A stretch of DNA of 64,000 nucleotides from an uncultured Acidobacteriota bacterium. Its GTDB lineage: Bacteria > Acidobacteriota > UBA6911. This document shows, in pieces, positions 8,552 to 18,090 of this stretch; within the stretch, counting starts at the first letter, position 1; every line of letters starts with the position of its first letter. The position numbers and the translations under genes are program-made. The stretch is taken from the NCBI GenBank assembly GCA_963827655.1, contig CAWHCF010000006.1, forward strand, positions 192,001 through 256,000. Reading direction: 5' to 3'. The notes under the pieces are model-generated. The model did no database searches. It saw nothing but the letters and a program-made list of their open reading frames with translations, and had not been told where the DNA came from.

Positions 8552-9688
8552 CTAGGGTTTTGATTCGTTCCAGTAGATCTTAACATTGCCCGTGGCCCGG
8601 CCAACGGCGACGATTTCGGGACGCCCGTCGCCGTTCAGGTCCGCCACCGCAAGGTCTTCCGTAGCCATGCCGCCATCATCAACCATCAGCGACTTGCCCC
8701 ACTTCCCTTCCGCGTTTCGTTTGTAGACCGCCACGCCGTGCTTTCCCCGGCGCCACCCGACGGCCAGCTCCTCGTTGCCGTCTCCGTCGAAATCTCCCCA
8801 GCCCAGGGCGTGACCATCCGAGAGTTGATCTTCAATGACCTCTCTCGCCCACTTCCCTTTCTGTTCCTGGTAAAGCACAACAGAGTTTCCATGCCACGGC
8901 TCGACGGTCGCCAGATATCGCGTCTTTCCTAGACGTCCCATCTTGATTTCGCCCGGCGACCCTTCTCCGATCAACGTCTTCGACCAGCCTCCCTTGGTCA
9001 GACGCTTGAGCACGTGCACGCCCTCGCGGCTCGCCGTGAGAATCTCATCCTGAAGATCGTCATCGAAGTTCGTGACTATCAAGTTGTGAACAATGTGGAG
9101 GGAGTCGTCGGCTACCTCGACCGGCCAGGAATCCCGATCGGGATTGGGTGGCACGCGGTAAACCAGAATCCGGGCGCCCTGGCCTTCCCAATTCGGACCC
9201 TTGTTTCCGCGGCCGTGCAGCGGAGCCACGACCAGTTCCTGCTTGCCGTCGCCCTCCACGTCACCCCAACGGATGCGGTGAAGCGTAGGCTCTTCGGCAA
9301 TAGGCGCCAGATTCCAAAGACGATTCGAATCGTCCGAGCTGCGCCCGATCCACTGGAGAGTGCCTCCGCTGGCCGTATTCGCGGGTTGCCAGTCGGCGCC
9401 GAGGGCAAGATCTATCTTGCCGTCACGATCGATATCATGAGCGGCAATGCACACGTTATCTTTTTTTGTGGCGCCATCCAGAATCACCCGCTTTTCCCAG
9501 GAGGGATTCTCAAACCAGACCGCCTGAGTCGGGTTGATTGCGACAATGTCGGGCCTGCGATCGTTGTTTACATCAGCAATAAGCACGGCATAGCCTACGC
9601 CGAACTGCCGTTGAATTTCCTGCTCGCGAAAACGGATTTCTCCGTAAGCGAGCGCGCTGAGAAGCAGAATTGCTGAAGGGAGTCGCAT
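8552..9688 (-). CDS. Secreted FG-GAP/VCBS-repeat beta-propeller (aldos-2-ulose dehydratase N-domain-like)
   Basis: Signal peptide; repeated DxNxDGxxD motifs; LHRIRWGD, VEPWHGN, GHALGWGD. Confidence 0.75.
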   Translation of the reverse strand: MRLPSAILLLSALAYGEIRFREQEIQRQFGVGYAVLIADVNNDRRPDIVAINPTQAVWFENPSWEKRVILDGATKKDNVCIAAHDIDRDGKIDLALGADWQPANTASGGTLQWIGRSSDDSNRLWNLAPIAEEPTLHRIRWGDVEGDGKQELVVAPLHGRGNKGPNWEGQGARILVYRVPPNPDRDSWPVEVADDSLHIVHNLIVTNFDDDLQDEILTASREGVHVLKRLTKGGWSKTLIGEGSPGEIKMGRLGKTRYLATVEPWHGNSVVLYQEQKGKWAREVIEDQLSDGHALGWGDFDGDGNEELAVGWRRGKHGVAVYKRNAEGKWGKSLMVDDGGMATEDLAVADLNGDGRPEIVAVGRATGNVKIYWNESKP

Positions 9689-9789
9689 GGAAGCGCATTT
9701 TATCGCAGGATCGGCGGTTCCGACTCGAAAATTGCGACGAAACGGGTCCATTCATTGTATTCTTAGCGCTCCTTTGCATTTTCGCGGTG

Positions 9790-11082
9790 ATGACCCGGAT
9801 GGATGGCACTGTACAGATCGCGCTGGTAGGAGCCGGCATGTTCGGAGGGGACGTGCACGCGCGCGCGTACGCCGACCTGTATGCGGGCGGCATCAGCGGA
9901 AACCTCTCTCGAGTAGGACTGGAACGGTGGGCGAGAGAGCTGGCGCCTTTGAGGTTCAACCTGGTCGCCGTCGCGACTCGTTCCGAAGCTTCGGCCCGGC
10001 GGCTTCAGGAAAAATTCAAGGCCTGGACCGGGCATCAACCCAAGGCCTACCATGGCGAGCGTCCCTGGATCGAGATCATCCGCGATTTTCCTGAACTCGA
10101 CGTGATGGCGGTGGCTACTCCCGATCACCTCCACACACCCGTGATCCTGGCGGCCCTCGAGAACCGGACCCATGTGATAACGGAGAAGCCTATGTGCCTC
10201 TCCATCCGGGAGGCGGATCAGATCGTGGAAACGGCCCGCGCCAAGGGACGGATCGTAGCGGTCGACATGCACAAGCGGTACGATCCGGACCACCTCAGGG
10301 TCAAGTACGATCTGTCGAAAAAAATCGGTGACCCGTTATACGGCCTTGCCATGCTGGAAGAACCGCTGGGAGTCTCCACCGAGACCTTCAAGTGGGCCGA
10401 GCAAAGCGATCCCTTCAGTTACGTGGGCTCACATTGGACCGACCTCTTTTACACTTACTACAAGAGCAAACCGGTTTCCCTCACGGCCGTAGGGCAGAAG
10501 AAACGTCTGGTGCGCAGCGGAATCAATGCCTACGACGCAGTCCAGGTGAGAGTCGATTTCGACAACGGGATGAGCGTGTCTTTCCACAATAACTGGATCA
10601 CTCCTCCCGATTTCGAGGGACCGGTAAACCAGCAACACGAGATCGTAGGAACGGACGGGAAGGTCGAATCGGATCAGCAGTACCGGGGACTTCGATTCTG
10701 GTATTCCGGTGGAGGTAGCCGCACGGCTAACAATCATTTCACACGCGACGTGCCCAGGCCCGATGGCTCGCAGGCGTACGTCGGCTACGGCGTGGACAGC
10801 ATCACGGCTATCCTGGTAGCGATCTGCCGAGTGAAGTTTCTGGGGGAAACCTGTGACGCGGTGGCCGATATTTATCCGACCGCAGAAGATGGGCGTATTA
10901 CCACGGCGATCCTCGATGCCGCCGCGCGCGTGCGTGATCTGAATTTCAAATACCTCCAGGAAGGTAGAGGCGCCGCTGTGACCGCGCGCTTCGGCGCCGA
11001 CGGAATCACGATCGTGGACCCGAATCGTTTTCGGGAAGGAGAAAACGCCGTATTTCAGAGGATCTACGATAGACCGATATAG
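9790..11082 (+). CDS. Gfo/Idh/MocA family oxidoreductase
   Basis: ALVGAGMFG, VATPDHLH, HVITEKPM, HKRYDP. Confidence 0.88.
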   Translation: MTRMDGTVQIALVGAGMFGGDVHARAYADLYAGGISGNLSRVGLERWARELAPLRFNLVAVATRSEASARRLQEKFKAWTGHQPKAYHGERPWIEIIRDFPELDVMAVATPDHLHTPVILAALENRTHVITEKPMCLSIREADQIVETARAKGRIVAVDMHKRYDPDHLRVKYDLSKKIGDPLYGLAMLEEPLGVSTETFKWAEQSDPFSYVGSHWTDLFYTYYKSKPVSLTAVGQKKRLVRSGINAYDAVQVRVDFDNGMSVSFHNNWITPPDFEGPVNQQHEIVGTDGKVESDQQYRGLRFWYSGGGSRTANNHFTRDVPRPDGSQAYVGYGVDSITAILVAICRVKFLGETCDAVADIYPTAEDGRITTAILDAAARVRDLNFKYLQEGRGAAVTARFGADGITIVDPNRFREGENAVFQRIYDRPI

Positions 11083-11136
11083 CAGGTCTGGATCGACCAT
11101 TGACGATTGGGTGCCCAATCGGCTTCAGGAGGGCTA

Positions 11137-12513
11137 ATGGGAAGGGAGTTCAGCATCGTTCCGCGCAACGTTCCTCGAGTCGAGACTCGGTACCGGCGGA
11201 TTGTGACGCCGCTCCCGGCTCCCGAGTCGCTTCCCATTCTTGAAACCCTTAGAACGTTCGAGCCAGTCTCGATGCGCGGCCAGCCTCCCGTAGTATGGGA
11301 TCGTGCAGAAGACGTCCAGGTCTACGACCGGTGGGGAAACATGTGGCTGGACTGGAGCTCCGGCGTCCTGGTCACCAACGCCGGCCACGGAGCGCCCGAA
11401 GTGAAGCAGGCGATTATCGATCAGGTCAACAGCGGACTGCTGCACAACTATTGCTTCCCCAGCGAAGAACGCGCTCAGCTGCTCGATTCCCTGGCCCGGC
11501 TTGCTCCCGAGGGACTGAGCAAGGTGTTCCTGCTGACCACGGGGGCCGAGGCCACCGAAAATGCCCTGAAGATGGCTCGGACGTACGGCATCAGAAAAGG
11601 AGGAACCGACAAGATCGGTTTTGTCGGCTTCGAACGAGGCTTTCACGGCCGCACTCTCGGGGCACAGCAGGCGGGCGGAATCCCTGGCCAGAAAGGGTGG
11701 ATCGTGAATGAAGATCCTGCCATAGTGCAGGTTCCATTCCCCGACGGATACTGGACCGAGGATACACGTTTCACCCTCTTCTGTGAGACTCTGGGAAAAA
11801 AGGGTATGAAGCCGGACCGGGTAGCCGGGGTCATGCTCGAAACCTACCAGGGAGTTGGACCTGACTTTGCGCCCGTCGAGTATGTCAGGGCCCTGTCGAA
11901 CTGGTGCAAGACTCACGATGCCTTGTTGATCTTCGACGAGGTGCAGGCCGGGTTCGGAAGAACCGGAAAAATGTGGGGATTTGAACACTATGGCGTGGTT
12001 CCGGACCTCATTTGTTTCGGAAAAGGGGTCACGGGCTCACTCCCGCTCTCGGGCGTGATCGGCCGGCCCGACATTATGGACCAGTATCCGCCGGGGTCCA
12101 TGACCAGCACTCATACGGGAAATCCAGTGTGCGCGGCGGCCGCCCTGGCAAGCCTCAAGAAGATTGCGCGCGACAATCTGGTGGAAAATTCGCGCCGGCT
12201 GGGAGAGGTTTTGCTCGAGGGACTCCATGAGATCCAGAGCGCGCATCCTGACAGGGTGGGGCGCTGCACAGGCCGCGGATTGGTGGCCGGTTTGCAAATG
12301 ATAAAAGCCGGGAGGAAGGAACCCGATCCTGACCTGGCCTTCGACATCGTCGAGCGGTGCTACCACAAGGGGCTGCTCTTCTTCGCTCCGGTCGGTGCCT
12401 GGGGCCAGACGGTCAAAATCGCGCCGCCGCTCACGATCACTTCAGACGCGCTGAAGGAGGGGTTGAGCGTGCTGGGCGAATGCGTGAAAGACGCCGTGGC
12501 AGCAACGAAGTAG
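11137..12513 (+). CDS. Class III PLP aminotransferase (GabT/ArgD-like)
   Basis: TTGAEATENALK, GFHGRT, FDEVQAGFGRTG, FGKGVTG, THTGNP. Confidence 0.92.
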   Translation: MGREFSIVPRNVPRVETRYRRIVTPLPAPESLPILETLRTFEPVSMRGQPPVVWDRAEDVQVYDRWGNMWLDWSSGVLVTNAGHGAPEVKQAIIDQVNSGLLHNYCFPSEERAQLLDSLARLAPEGLSKVFLLTTGAEATENALKMARTYGIRKGGTDKIGFVGFERGFHGRTLGAQQAGGIPGQKGWIVNEDPAIVQVPFPDGYWTEDTRFTLFCETLGKKGMKPDRVAGVMLETYQGVGPDFAPVEYVRALSNWCKTHDALLIFDEVQAGFGRTGKMWGFEHYGVVPDLICFGKGVTGSLPLSGVIGRPDIMDQYPPGSMTSTHTGNPVCAAAALASLKKIARDNLVENSRRLGEVLLEGLHEIQSAHPDRVGRCTGRGLVAGLQMIKAGRKEPDPDLAFDIVERCYHKGLLFFAPVGAWGQTVKIAPPLTITSDALKEGLSVLGECVKDAVAATK

Positions 12514-12568
12514 TGCTTAGGCGCTTAGTGAAACGTTCAAACCAACATGTCGTCGTTCAAAAGGGGCC

Positions 12569-12596
12569 TTCGTTCGGGGCGAAGTCCCCGAACGAA
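12569..12596. other. 11-bp perfect stem-loop flanked by 8-mer arrays
   Basis: TTCGTTCGGGG-CGAAGT-CCCCGAACGAA, with no U-tract. Confidence 0.55.
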
Positions 12597-12648
12597 CCTT
12601 AGCGTCTTCGAGTCCTGGCGGTGAAACGAACTTTGACGAGGTTAGACC

Positions 12649-13539
12649 ATGAAAAACTCTAGACGTGCTTTCGTTAAGAGCATCGGCGCGGCAGGCTTAC
12701 TGGGCTTTGCGCCCGAGGCAGCGCATGCGATTGAACCCATCCCGCGGCGGGGCGCGCATATGAAGCTGAGCCTGGCCGCCTATTCGTTCCGGCAATATCT
12801 TGCCGGAAAAACAAAATCGATGACGCTCGACGACTTCGTCGACCTCTGCGCCGAGTACGAGCTCGATGCGGTCGAGCCGACGTCCTACTACTTCCCCGAA
12901 CCTGTCACCCCTGAATACTGCCACCAGCTCCGAAGACGGGCGTTCATGCTCGGTCTCGGCATCTCCGGCACGGCCGTGGGAAACACTTTCACGCATCCTC
13001 CGGGACCACAGCTCGACAAAGAGATCGCTCACGTAAAGAAATGGGTCGATCACGCCGTCGAGATGTCCGCTCCCGTCATCCGTATCTTTGCCGGAACGCT
13101 GCAAAAAGACACGACCGAGGCTCAAGCCCGGAAATGGTGCATCGAGGCAATCGACCAGTGCTGTAAATACGCCGGTCAGCGGGGCATTATTCTGGCTCTG
13201 GAAAACCACGGCGGAATTGTCAGTACCGTCGACCAGCTCCTTTCCATAGTTCGCGAAATCAAATCGGACTGGTTCGGCGTCAACCTTGACACAGGAAACT
13301 TCCGCGGACCCGATCCTTATGCAGATATAGCCAAAGCGGCGCCCTACGCGGTGACGGTGCAGGTCAAGAGCGAGATCTCAGCCGGCGGCGCGAGAGGCGA
13401 AGCCGATTTCGGACGCATCGTCGAAGTCCTCAAGAAAGCGCACTATCGAGGCTTTGTCGCTCTGGAATATGAAGCGAAGGAAGACCCGAAGACGGCTGTT
13501 CCGCGCCACCTCAAGACTCTGCGGAAACTGATTTCGTAA
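12649..13539 (+). CDS. Tat-exported sugar-phosphate isomerase/epimerase (AP_endonuc_2 TIM barrel)
   Basis: SRRAFVK Tat motif; LALENHGG, NLDTGNF, VALEYE. Confidence 0.85.
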   Translation: MKNSRRAFVKSIGAAGLLGFAPEAAHAIEPIPRRGAHMKLSLAAYSFRQYLAGKTKSMTLDDFVDLCAEYELDAVEPTSYYFPEPVTPEYCHQLRRRAFMLGLGISGTAVGNTFTHPPGPQLDKEIAHVKKWVDHAVEMSAPVIRIFAGTLQKDTTEAQARKWCIEAIDQCCKYAGQRGIILALENHGGIVSTVDQLLSIVREIKSDWFGVNLDTGNFRGPDPYADIAKAAPYAVTVQVKSEISAGGARGEADFGRIVEVLKKAHYRGFVALEYEAKEDPKTAVPRHLKTLRKLIS

Positions 13540-13593
13540 CAAGAAACGCTGCGTGTTTTCGCGTCTTCGCGCCCAGACCAAACGAGGTGCTCA

Positions 13594-14559
13594 ATGAAAA
13601 ACATTCGCGTTGCCGCGGTTCAGTACGAGCACGCCCCCAGCGACAAGAGCGCGAACCTGGAAAAAATCCGCCAATTTGTCGCCCAGGCCGCCCGCCATAA
13701 AGTCGAGATTATTTCTTTTCCGGAATGTTGCATCACGGGGTACTGGCACCTGCGCCACCTCACGCGAGAGCAGCTGGCGGATGTGGCCGAGCCCGTCTTT
13801 GACGGTCCTTCGTCGCAGGCGCTGATGTCGCTGGCCCGGGAGTACCGGATGACGATAGGCGCCGGCCTGATCGAAATCACGAAAGAGGGCAATTTTCACA
13901 ATGCGTACGTCGTGGCCATGCCCGATGGAAACCAGCACTGTCACCGGAAGATTCACGCCTTCGTCAGCCAATACCTGACCTCAGGCTCCGACTACACGGT
14001 CTTTGATTCACCGCACGAGTGCCGGCTGGGCGTGCTGACCTGTTACGACAACAATATCGGCGAGAATGTTCGCATCACAGCCCTGAAGGGAACCGAGATA
14101 CTTCTGGCGCCGCATCAGACCGGCGGATGCAGATCAAATAATCCCAATACCATGGGATTGGTCGATCGCGCCTTGTGGGACAATCGTCACAATAACCCGC
14201 AAGCAATCGAAGAAGAGCTCCGCGGGCCCAAGGGACGCGGCTGGCTGATGCGTTGGCTTCCGACTCGCGCCCATGACAACGGTATCTTTCTGATTTTCAG
14301 CAATGGTGTGGGGGTTGACGATGACGAGATCCGCACGGGAAATTCGATGATCATCGACCCGTACGGGCGCGTCCTGGCCGAGACCTGCAAAGCCGGCGAT
14401 GACATCGTCATCGCCGATCTCGATGCTTCGCTGCTCGATCAGAGCACAGGCAGGAGGTGGATCAAGACTCGCCGTCCTGAGCTGTATCATCCCTTGACCA
14501 CGCCGACAGGGCTCGAGCGCGATACCCGTTCGGTTCGGTTCGACAAAAAAGGAATCTGA
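13594..14559 (+). CDS. Nitrilase/carbon-nitrogen hydrolase family protein
   Basis: FPECCITGY, HRKIH, LTCYD (E-K-C triad). Confidence 0.9.
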   Translation: MKNIRVAAVQYEHAPSDKSANLEKIRQFVAQAARHKVEIISFPECCITGYWHLRHLTREQLADVAEPVFDGPSSQALMSLAREYRMTIGAGLIEITKEGNFHNAYVVAMPDGNQHCHRKIHAFVSQYLTSGSDYTVFDSPHECRLGVLTCYDNNIGENVRITALKGTEILLAPHQTGGCRSNNPNTMGLVDRALWDNRHNNPQAIEEELRGPKGRGWLMRWLPTRAHDNGIFLIFSNGVGVDDDEIRTGNSMIIDPYGRVLAETCKAGDDIVIADLDASLLDQSTGRRWIKTRRPELYHPLTTPTGLERDTRSVRFDKKGI

Positions 14560-14560
14560 C

Positions 14561-14594
14561 GATTGCGGATTTCGGATTGCGGATTGCGGATTGG
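14561..14594 (+). repeat. 7-mer tandem array (GATTGCG/GATTTCG)x5
   Basis: Read directly, immediately after the nitrilase stop. Confidence 0.9.
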
Positions 14595-14804
14595 AAGAAC
14601 GTGGGACACTGGAGTTCCAACCGAAATGATCCGCAGTCTGGAATCGTTGTGGCCTTCGTAAACAGCGCGGGTCGCCAAGTCGATTCATCCGCAATCGGAT
14701 GGATCGAGACTCGCCGGCCCGGGGCGACTGATTGCGGATTGAATTGACTTGTGCGAGCGCGCCGTTTCTCGGATGTCATAACCAATTGCCGATTTCCGAT
14801 TAAC

Positions 14805-15158
14805 TCATTTCCGCGATCGCGCCGTCTTTAAAGAAGCGACAACCAGAGAGAGGATTTCGTTGGACTCCTTCAACAGCCCAGCGATCGTGCCTGGCTTCAC
14901 ACGCCCCGTGCCAATGAGGAGTTCCATCCAGTAGATGGATTCATCGCATTCCTCTTCAACGACTCCCATCCTGGCAATAAACTCTGCGCGAGATCTGGCC
15001 CGGCACGCCGATCGGTAGTTGGCACCCACCGAAGTTCCGGCTCTGAGCAGCTGTCTATAAAGAACATCTCCGACTTCCAATCTCGGCATCAATTCAACAA
15101 ACTGAATGATTCTGATCGCAAATCTCTTGGTGCGCTCCTTGAAATCTTCTGCATTCAT
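14805..15158 (-). CDS. Four-helix-bundle protein (23S rRNA IVS / TIGR02436 / bAvd-like family)
   Basis: FKERTKRFAIRII...RQLLRAGTSVGANYRSACRARSRAEFIARMGVVEEECDESIYWMELL. Confidence 0.92.
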   Translation of the reverse strand: MNAEDFKERTKRFAIRIIQFVELMPRLEVGDVLYRQLLRAGTSVGANYRSACRARSRAEFIARMGVVEEECDESIYWMELLIGTGRVKPGTIAGLLKESNEILSLVVASLKTARSRK

Positions 15159-15200
15159 GAAGCATCTAACTGGTTAGCCGGCAGAAATGCCAACTATTTT

Positions 15201-15227
15201 CAATCTGCAATCCGCAATCCGCAATCG
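15201..15227 (-). repeat. 7-mer tandem array (CAATCCG)x4, inverse of 14561-14594
   Basis: CAATCTG CAATCCG CAATCCG CAATCG. Confidence 0.9.
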
Positions 15228-15231
15228 AATG

Positions 15232-16530
15232 CTACCAATCCACGACTGAGCCGTCGTCGGCGTCGTACGATTCCTGATTGCGCCAGTCATGGCCGATCTT
15301 GTCGGCCATGGCAGCGTCGTCGAGCTCGATACCAAGCCCCGGACCCTTGGGCAATTCTACGTAGCCATTTTTCACCACGAAAGGATTCTTGATATAGCCT
15401 TCGCCCAGGCTTACCTGCTCCTGGCAAAGGAAGTTGGGAATCGAAGCGGCAATTTGAATGCCCGCGGCCAGCGAAATCGGACCGAGTGGATTGTGGGGCG
15501 CCATGGCAGCGTAGTATGCCTCCGCCATTCCCGCAATGAGGCGCACTTCGGTGATGCCCCCTGCGTGACACAGGTCGGGTTGCAGTATCGTGGCCGCTCC
15601 TTTCTCCAGAATCTCGCGAAATCCCCATTTCGTGAAGATCCGCTCGCCGGTCGCGATCGGCAGGTGGGTTCCCCGCGCAATGTCGGCCATGGCCTCGACG
15701 TTCTGGCAGTTGACCGGCTCTTCGATGAACATCGGCTGGTAAGGCTCGAGAACCTTGATGAGCAGCTTGGCTGTTTGCGGGGGGATCGCCCCGTGGAAAT
15801 CGATGCCGATATCGGCCTCCGGACCAGCGGCGTCGCGCAGTCCGGCAAACTCCTTCGCCACGTAGTCGACAAAGGCCTTGTTCTCGACTATGCGAGACGG
15901 GCGTCGCTTGGCGGGGCCTGTCTTGAACGCAGTGAATCCCTGGGCCATGCGCTCCTTGATTTGCTGGGGCGTGCGCGCGTGCGCATAGACTCGTATCTTA
16001 TCGCGCGTGGGGCCGCCGAGAAGCTCGTAAATCGGAACCCCGAGCGCCTTCCCTTTGATGTCCCACAGGGCCTGATCGATTCCACTGAGCGCGCTGGTCA
16101 ATATCGGCCCGCCGCGATAGAAAGCGTGGCGGTAAATTGCCTGCCAGTGATGGGCCACGGCTCGTGGATCCTTTCCGATCAGGTACGGCTCTGTCTCCTT
16201 TACCGCCTGTGCGCAAGTCAGCGCTCGTCCCTCGGTGATCGGCTCTCCCAGTCCGGTGATTCCGGCATTGGTGTGAATCTTCAAGAAGAGCCACCTGGGT
16301 TTCACCAGGAATGTCTCCAGCTTGGTAATTTTGATGCTTTCTTTGACCGAGGCGCGCTTCTCCGCAGGGGCAGCCGGAGAAGGTTGTTGAACGGCCGGAG
16401 CGCGTCCCGCGTTCTGTGCCGCAAGGCTCGTAGCACCGACGATCGCCGCCGTGCTCGTCAGCAAAGACCGGCGTTGAATACCCTTTGAGTTGATCGAGTC
16501 TTTTTCCAAGATAGTTCCCCCTTTTCCCAT
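15232..16530 (-). CDS. dgoD: Galactonate dehydratase-like enolase-superfamily enzyme with N-terminal twin-arginine extension
   Basis: KPRWLFLKIHT, FYRGGPILTSALSGIDQALWDIKGK, DFHG, FIEEP, TGER, APHNPLGP; QRRSLL leader; alternative TTG start at 16509. Confidence 0.85.
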   Translation of the reverse strand: MGKGGTILEKDSINSKGIQRRSLLTSTAAIVGATSLAAQNAGRAPAVQQPSPAAPAEKRASVKESIKITKLETFLVKPRWLFLKIHTNAGITGLGEPITEGRALTCAQAVKETEPYLIGKDPRAVAHHWQAIYRHAFYRGGPILTSALSGIDQALWDIKGKALGVPIYELLGGPTRDKIRVYAHARTPQQIKERMAQGFTAFKTGPAKRRPSRIVENKAFVDYVAKEFAGLRDAAGPEADIGIDFHGAIPPQTAKLLIKVLEPYQPMFIEEPVNCQNVEAMADIARGTHLPIATGERIFTKWGFREILEKGAATILQPDLCHAGGITEVRLIAGMAEAYYAAMAPHNPLGPISLAAGIQIAASIPNFLCQEQVSLGEGYIKNPFVVKNGYVELPKGPGLGIELDDAAMADKIGHDWRNQESYDADDGSVVDW

Positions 16531-16786
16531 TGCCGATTCGCGTCTTCGTGGTCGATCGTGGCAGCTACGCGCTTCCCGATGACCCCATAAACATCCACGG
16601 ATGCGGGCAGATATCTCACTTGGTTCGAACAACCTTACTCTACAAGTTGTTTGCCGCCAAGCAGGGAAAAACGAGTAGAATGATGATTCGCGTTGTTTGC
16701 ATTTTTCGTAAATCCCAGACGGCATGCGAATCATTTCGCTGGAGGCCAGCGGCCGGCCGCTTTTCTGACTGTAAGGTGAAAAACTT

Positions 16787-17701
16787 ATGCATGAATTGGA
16801 AACCGTGATCGCAATTCCCCCGCTTCCCTTTCGAGCGGGAATCGTTGACCGGGAGGCGCACCGGAAGAATATGCGCTACCTTGTCGAGAAGAATTTTCTT
16901 AATGACGGCCGGCGCCGGGCGATTGGAATTGCCGGCACCAGCCTGGTTCACCATCTGGATGAGAGCGGCCTGGTCGATGTCATGGACGTGTCCGGGCAAG
17001 CGGTCGGTCAGGATGCCTTGTTGATTGCGGGCCTGGTCGCCACTCCGCTGGCGACCGCCCGCCGCTGCATAGAGCGCTGCCTGAAGCTGAAGCGGCCTCC
17101 CGATTATTTTCTCCTGATGCCCATTCCCGGCGTCTGCAACCCGGACGGCATTGCCAGCGAGTTCGAGTCGCTGGCCACCGAGTGCGGAAGCCGGTACGGA
17201 GCCCGGTTTCTTCTGTACATGCGATCCTCTGACCTGACCGATGCCTATGCGAAGCTTATCTCCTCTTCCCCTCACATTGTCGGGGTGAAGGTCGGAACTC
17301 GAGAGTCTGACGTTGCCAGCATGCGAGCCGCGGTTCCGTCATCAAAAAAGGTACTGTGGGGCGTGGGAGATCGGGCTACGGAAGCCGCGCGTCTGGGCGC
17401 GCGCGGGCACACCTCGGGGATTACCCTGATCTGTCCACGAGTCTGCGACGAAATACACAACGCCTACTGCCGCGAGGACTTTGCTGAAGCCTCCAGACTG
17501 GAGGAACTCGTGGCGGAGTTCGAGGACATCCGCTTTGTTAATGCCCGGGCCTACAACTATTCGGCCGTAGTCGCCGCGGCTCAACTGGGCGGCTTCGCCG
17601 ACGTCGACCTCGGAGAAGGCGGGCCTTTCAACGCGCCTCCTCCTCCTGAAGTCTTGTCACGACTCGGAAGCTGCGTGGCCCGGCTCAAGAGCTACCACTG
17701 A
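16787..17701 (+). CDS. DapA/DHDPS-like class I aldolase/lyase
   Basis: TIM-barrel pattern with FLLYMR (Tyr) and IVGVKVG (Schiff-base Lys), GARGHTSG; canonical GTTGE replaced by GTSL. Confidence 0.7.
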   Translation: MHELETVIAIPPLPFRAGIVDREAHRKNMRYLVEKNFLNDGRRRAIGIAGTSLVHHLDESGLVDVMDVSGQAVGQDALLIAGLVATPLATARRCIERCLKLKRPPDYFLLMPIPGVCNPDGIASEFESLATECGSRYGARFLLYMRSSDLTDAYAKLISSSPHIVGVKVGTRESDVASMRAAVPSSKKVLWGVGDRATEAARLGARGHTSGITLICPRVCDEIHNAYCREDFAEASRLEELVAEFEDIRFVNARAYNYSAVVAAAQLGGFADVDLGEGGPFNAPPPPEVLSRLGSCVARLKSYH

Positions 17702-17734
17702 TCGGATGGGAGTGCTGTCCCCGGGAACGACCCC

Positions 17735-17950
17735 ATGTTCAAGATCATGATAACCTGCCCGGTTACCAAGAGGCCGATCGAGACTGGAGTAAAGACCGCG
17801 TCGCGCGAGGCGCTGAACAGCAACCTTTTTCAGGAACACGTCGTAATCTGTCCGAAATGCTACCAAACGCACTCCTGGCGGAAAGAGGATGCTTTTCTCG
17901 AGGTGGATCAGGATCCATTGAGGGCCGTGCTTTGGCGGCCGAACCCGTGA
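17735..17950 (+). CDS. Small Cys/His (zinc-ribbon-like) hypothetical protein
   Basis: ITCPVT...ETG...CPKCYQTHSW. Confidence 0.65.
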   Translation: MFKIMITCPVTKRPIETGVKTASREALNSNLFQEHVVICPKCYQTHSWRKEDAFLEVDQDPLRAVLWRPNP

Positions 17951-18090
17951 GTGTATCCGCGCGCCTGCCACATCGATGTTGAACCGCAAGAGTCTCACGT
18001 CCTCTCAAGTCTCCGTGGCTGCGACTTCGCTTCTTTGTGGTTAGTACTGCGGAAACAAAAGGCCGCGACCAAGTCAGTGAGGGAAAACTA

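Noticed and set aside
14134-14785. ORFs containing NPQSAIRNPQS / IVNRQSSI peptides (also 36643, 42988, 55123)
   Set aside because: These are translations of the 7-mer arrays, not real proteins.
14805-15158. Diversity-generating retroelement (Avd-like gene)
   Set aside because: No reverse transcriptase and no TR/VR pair with adenine-specific mismatches seen in the window.
14805-15158. 23S rRNA intervening sequence
   Set aside because: Flanks are protein-coding genes; no rRNA sequence is present.
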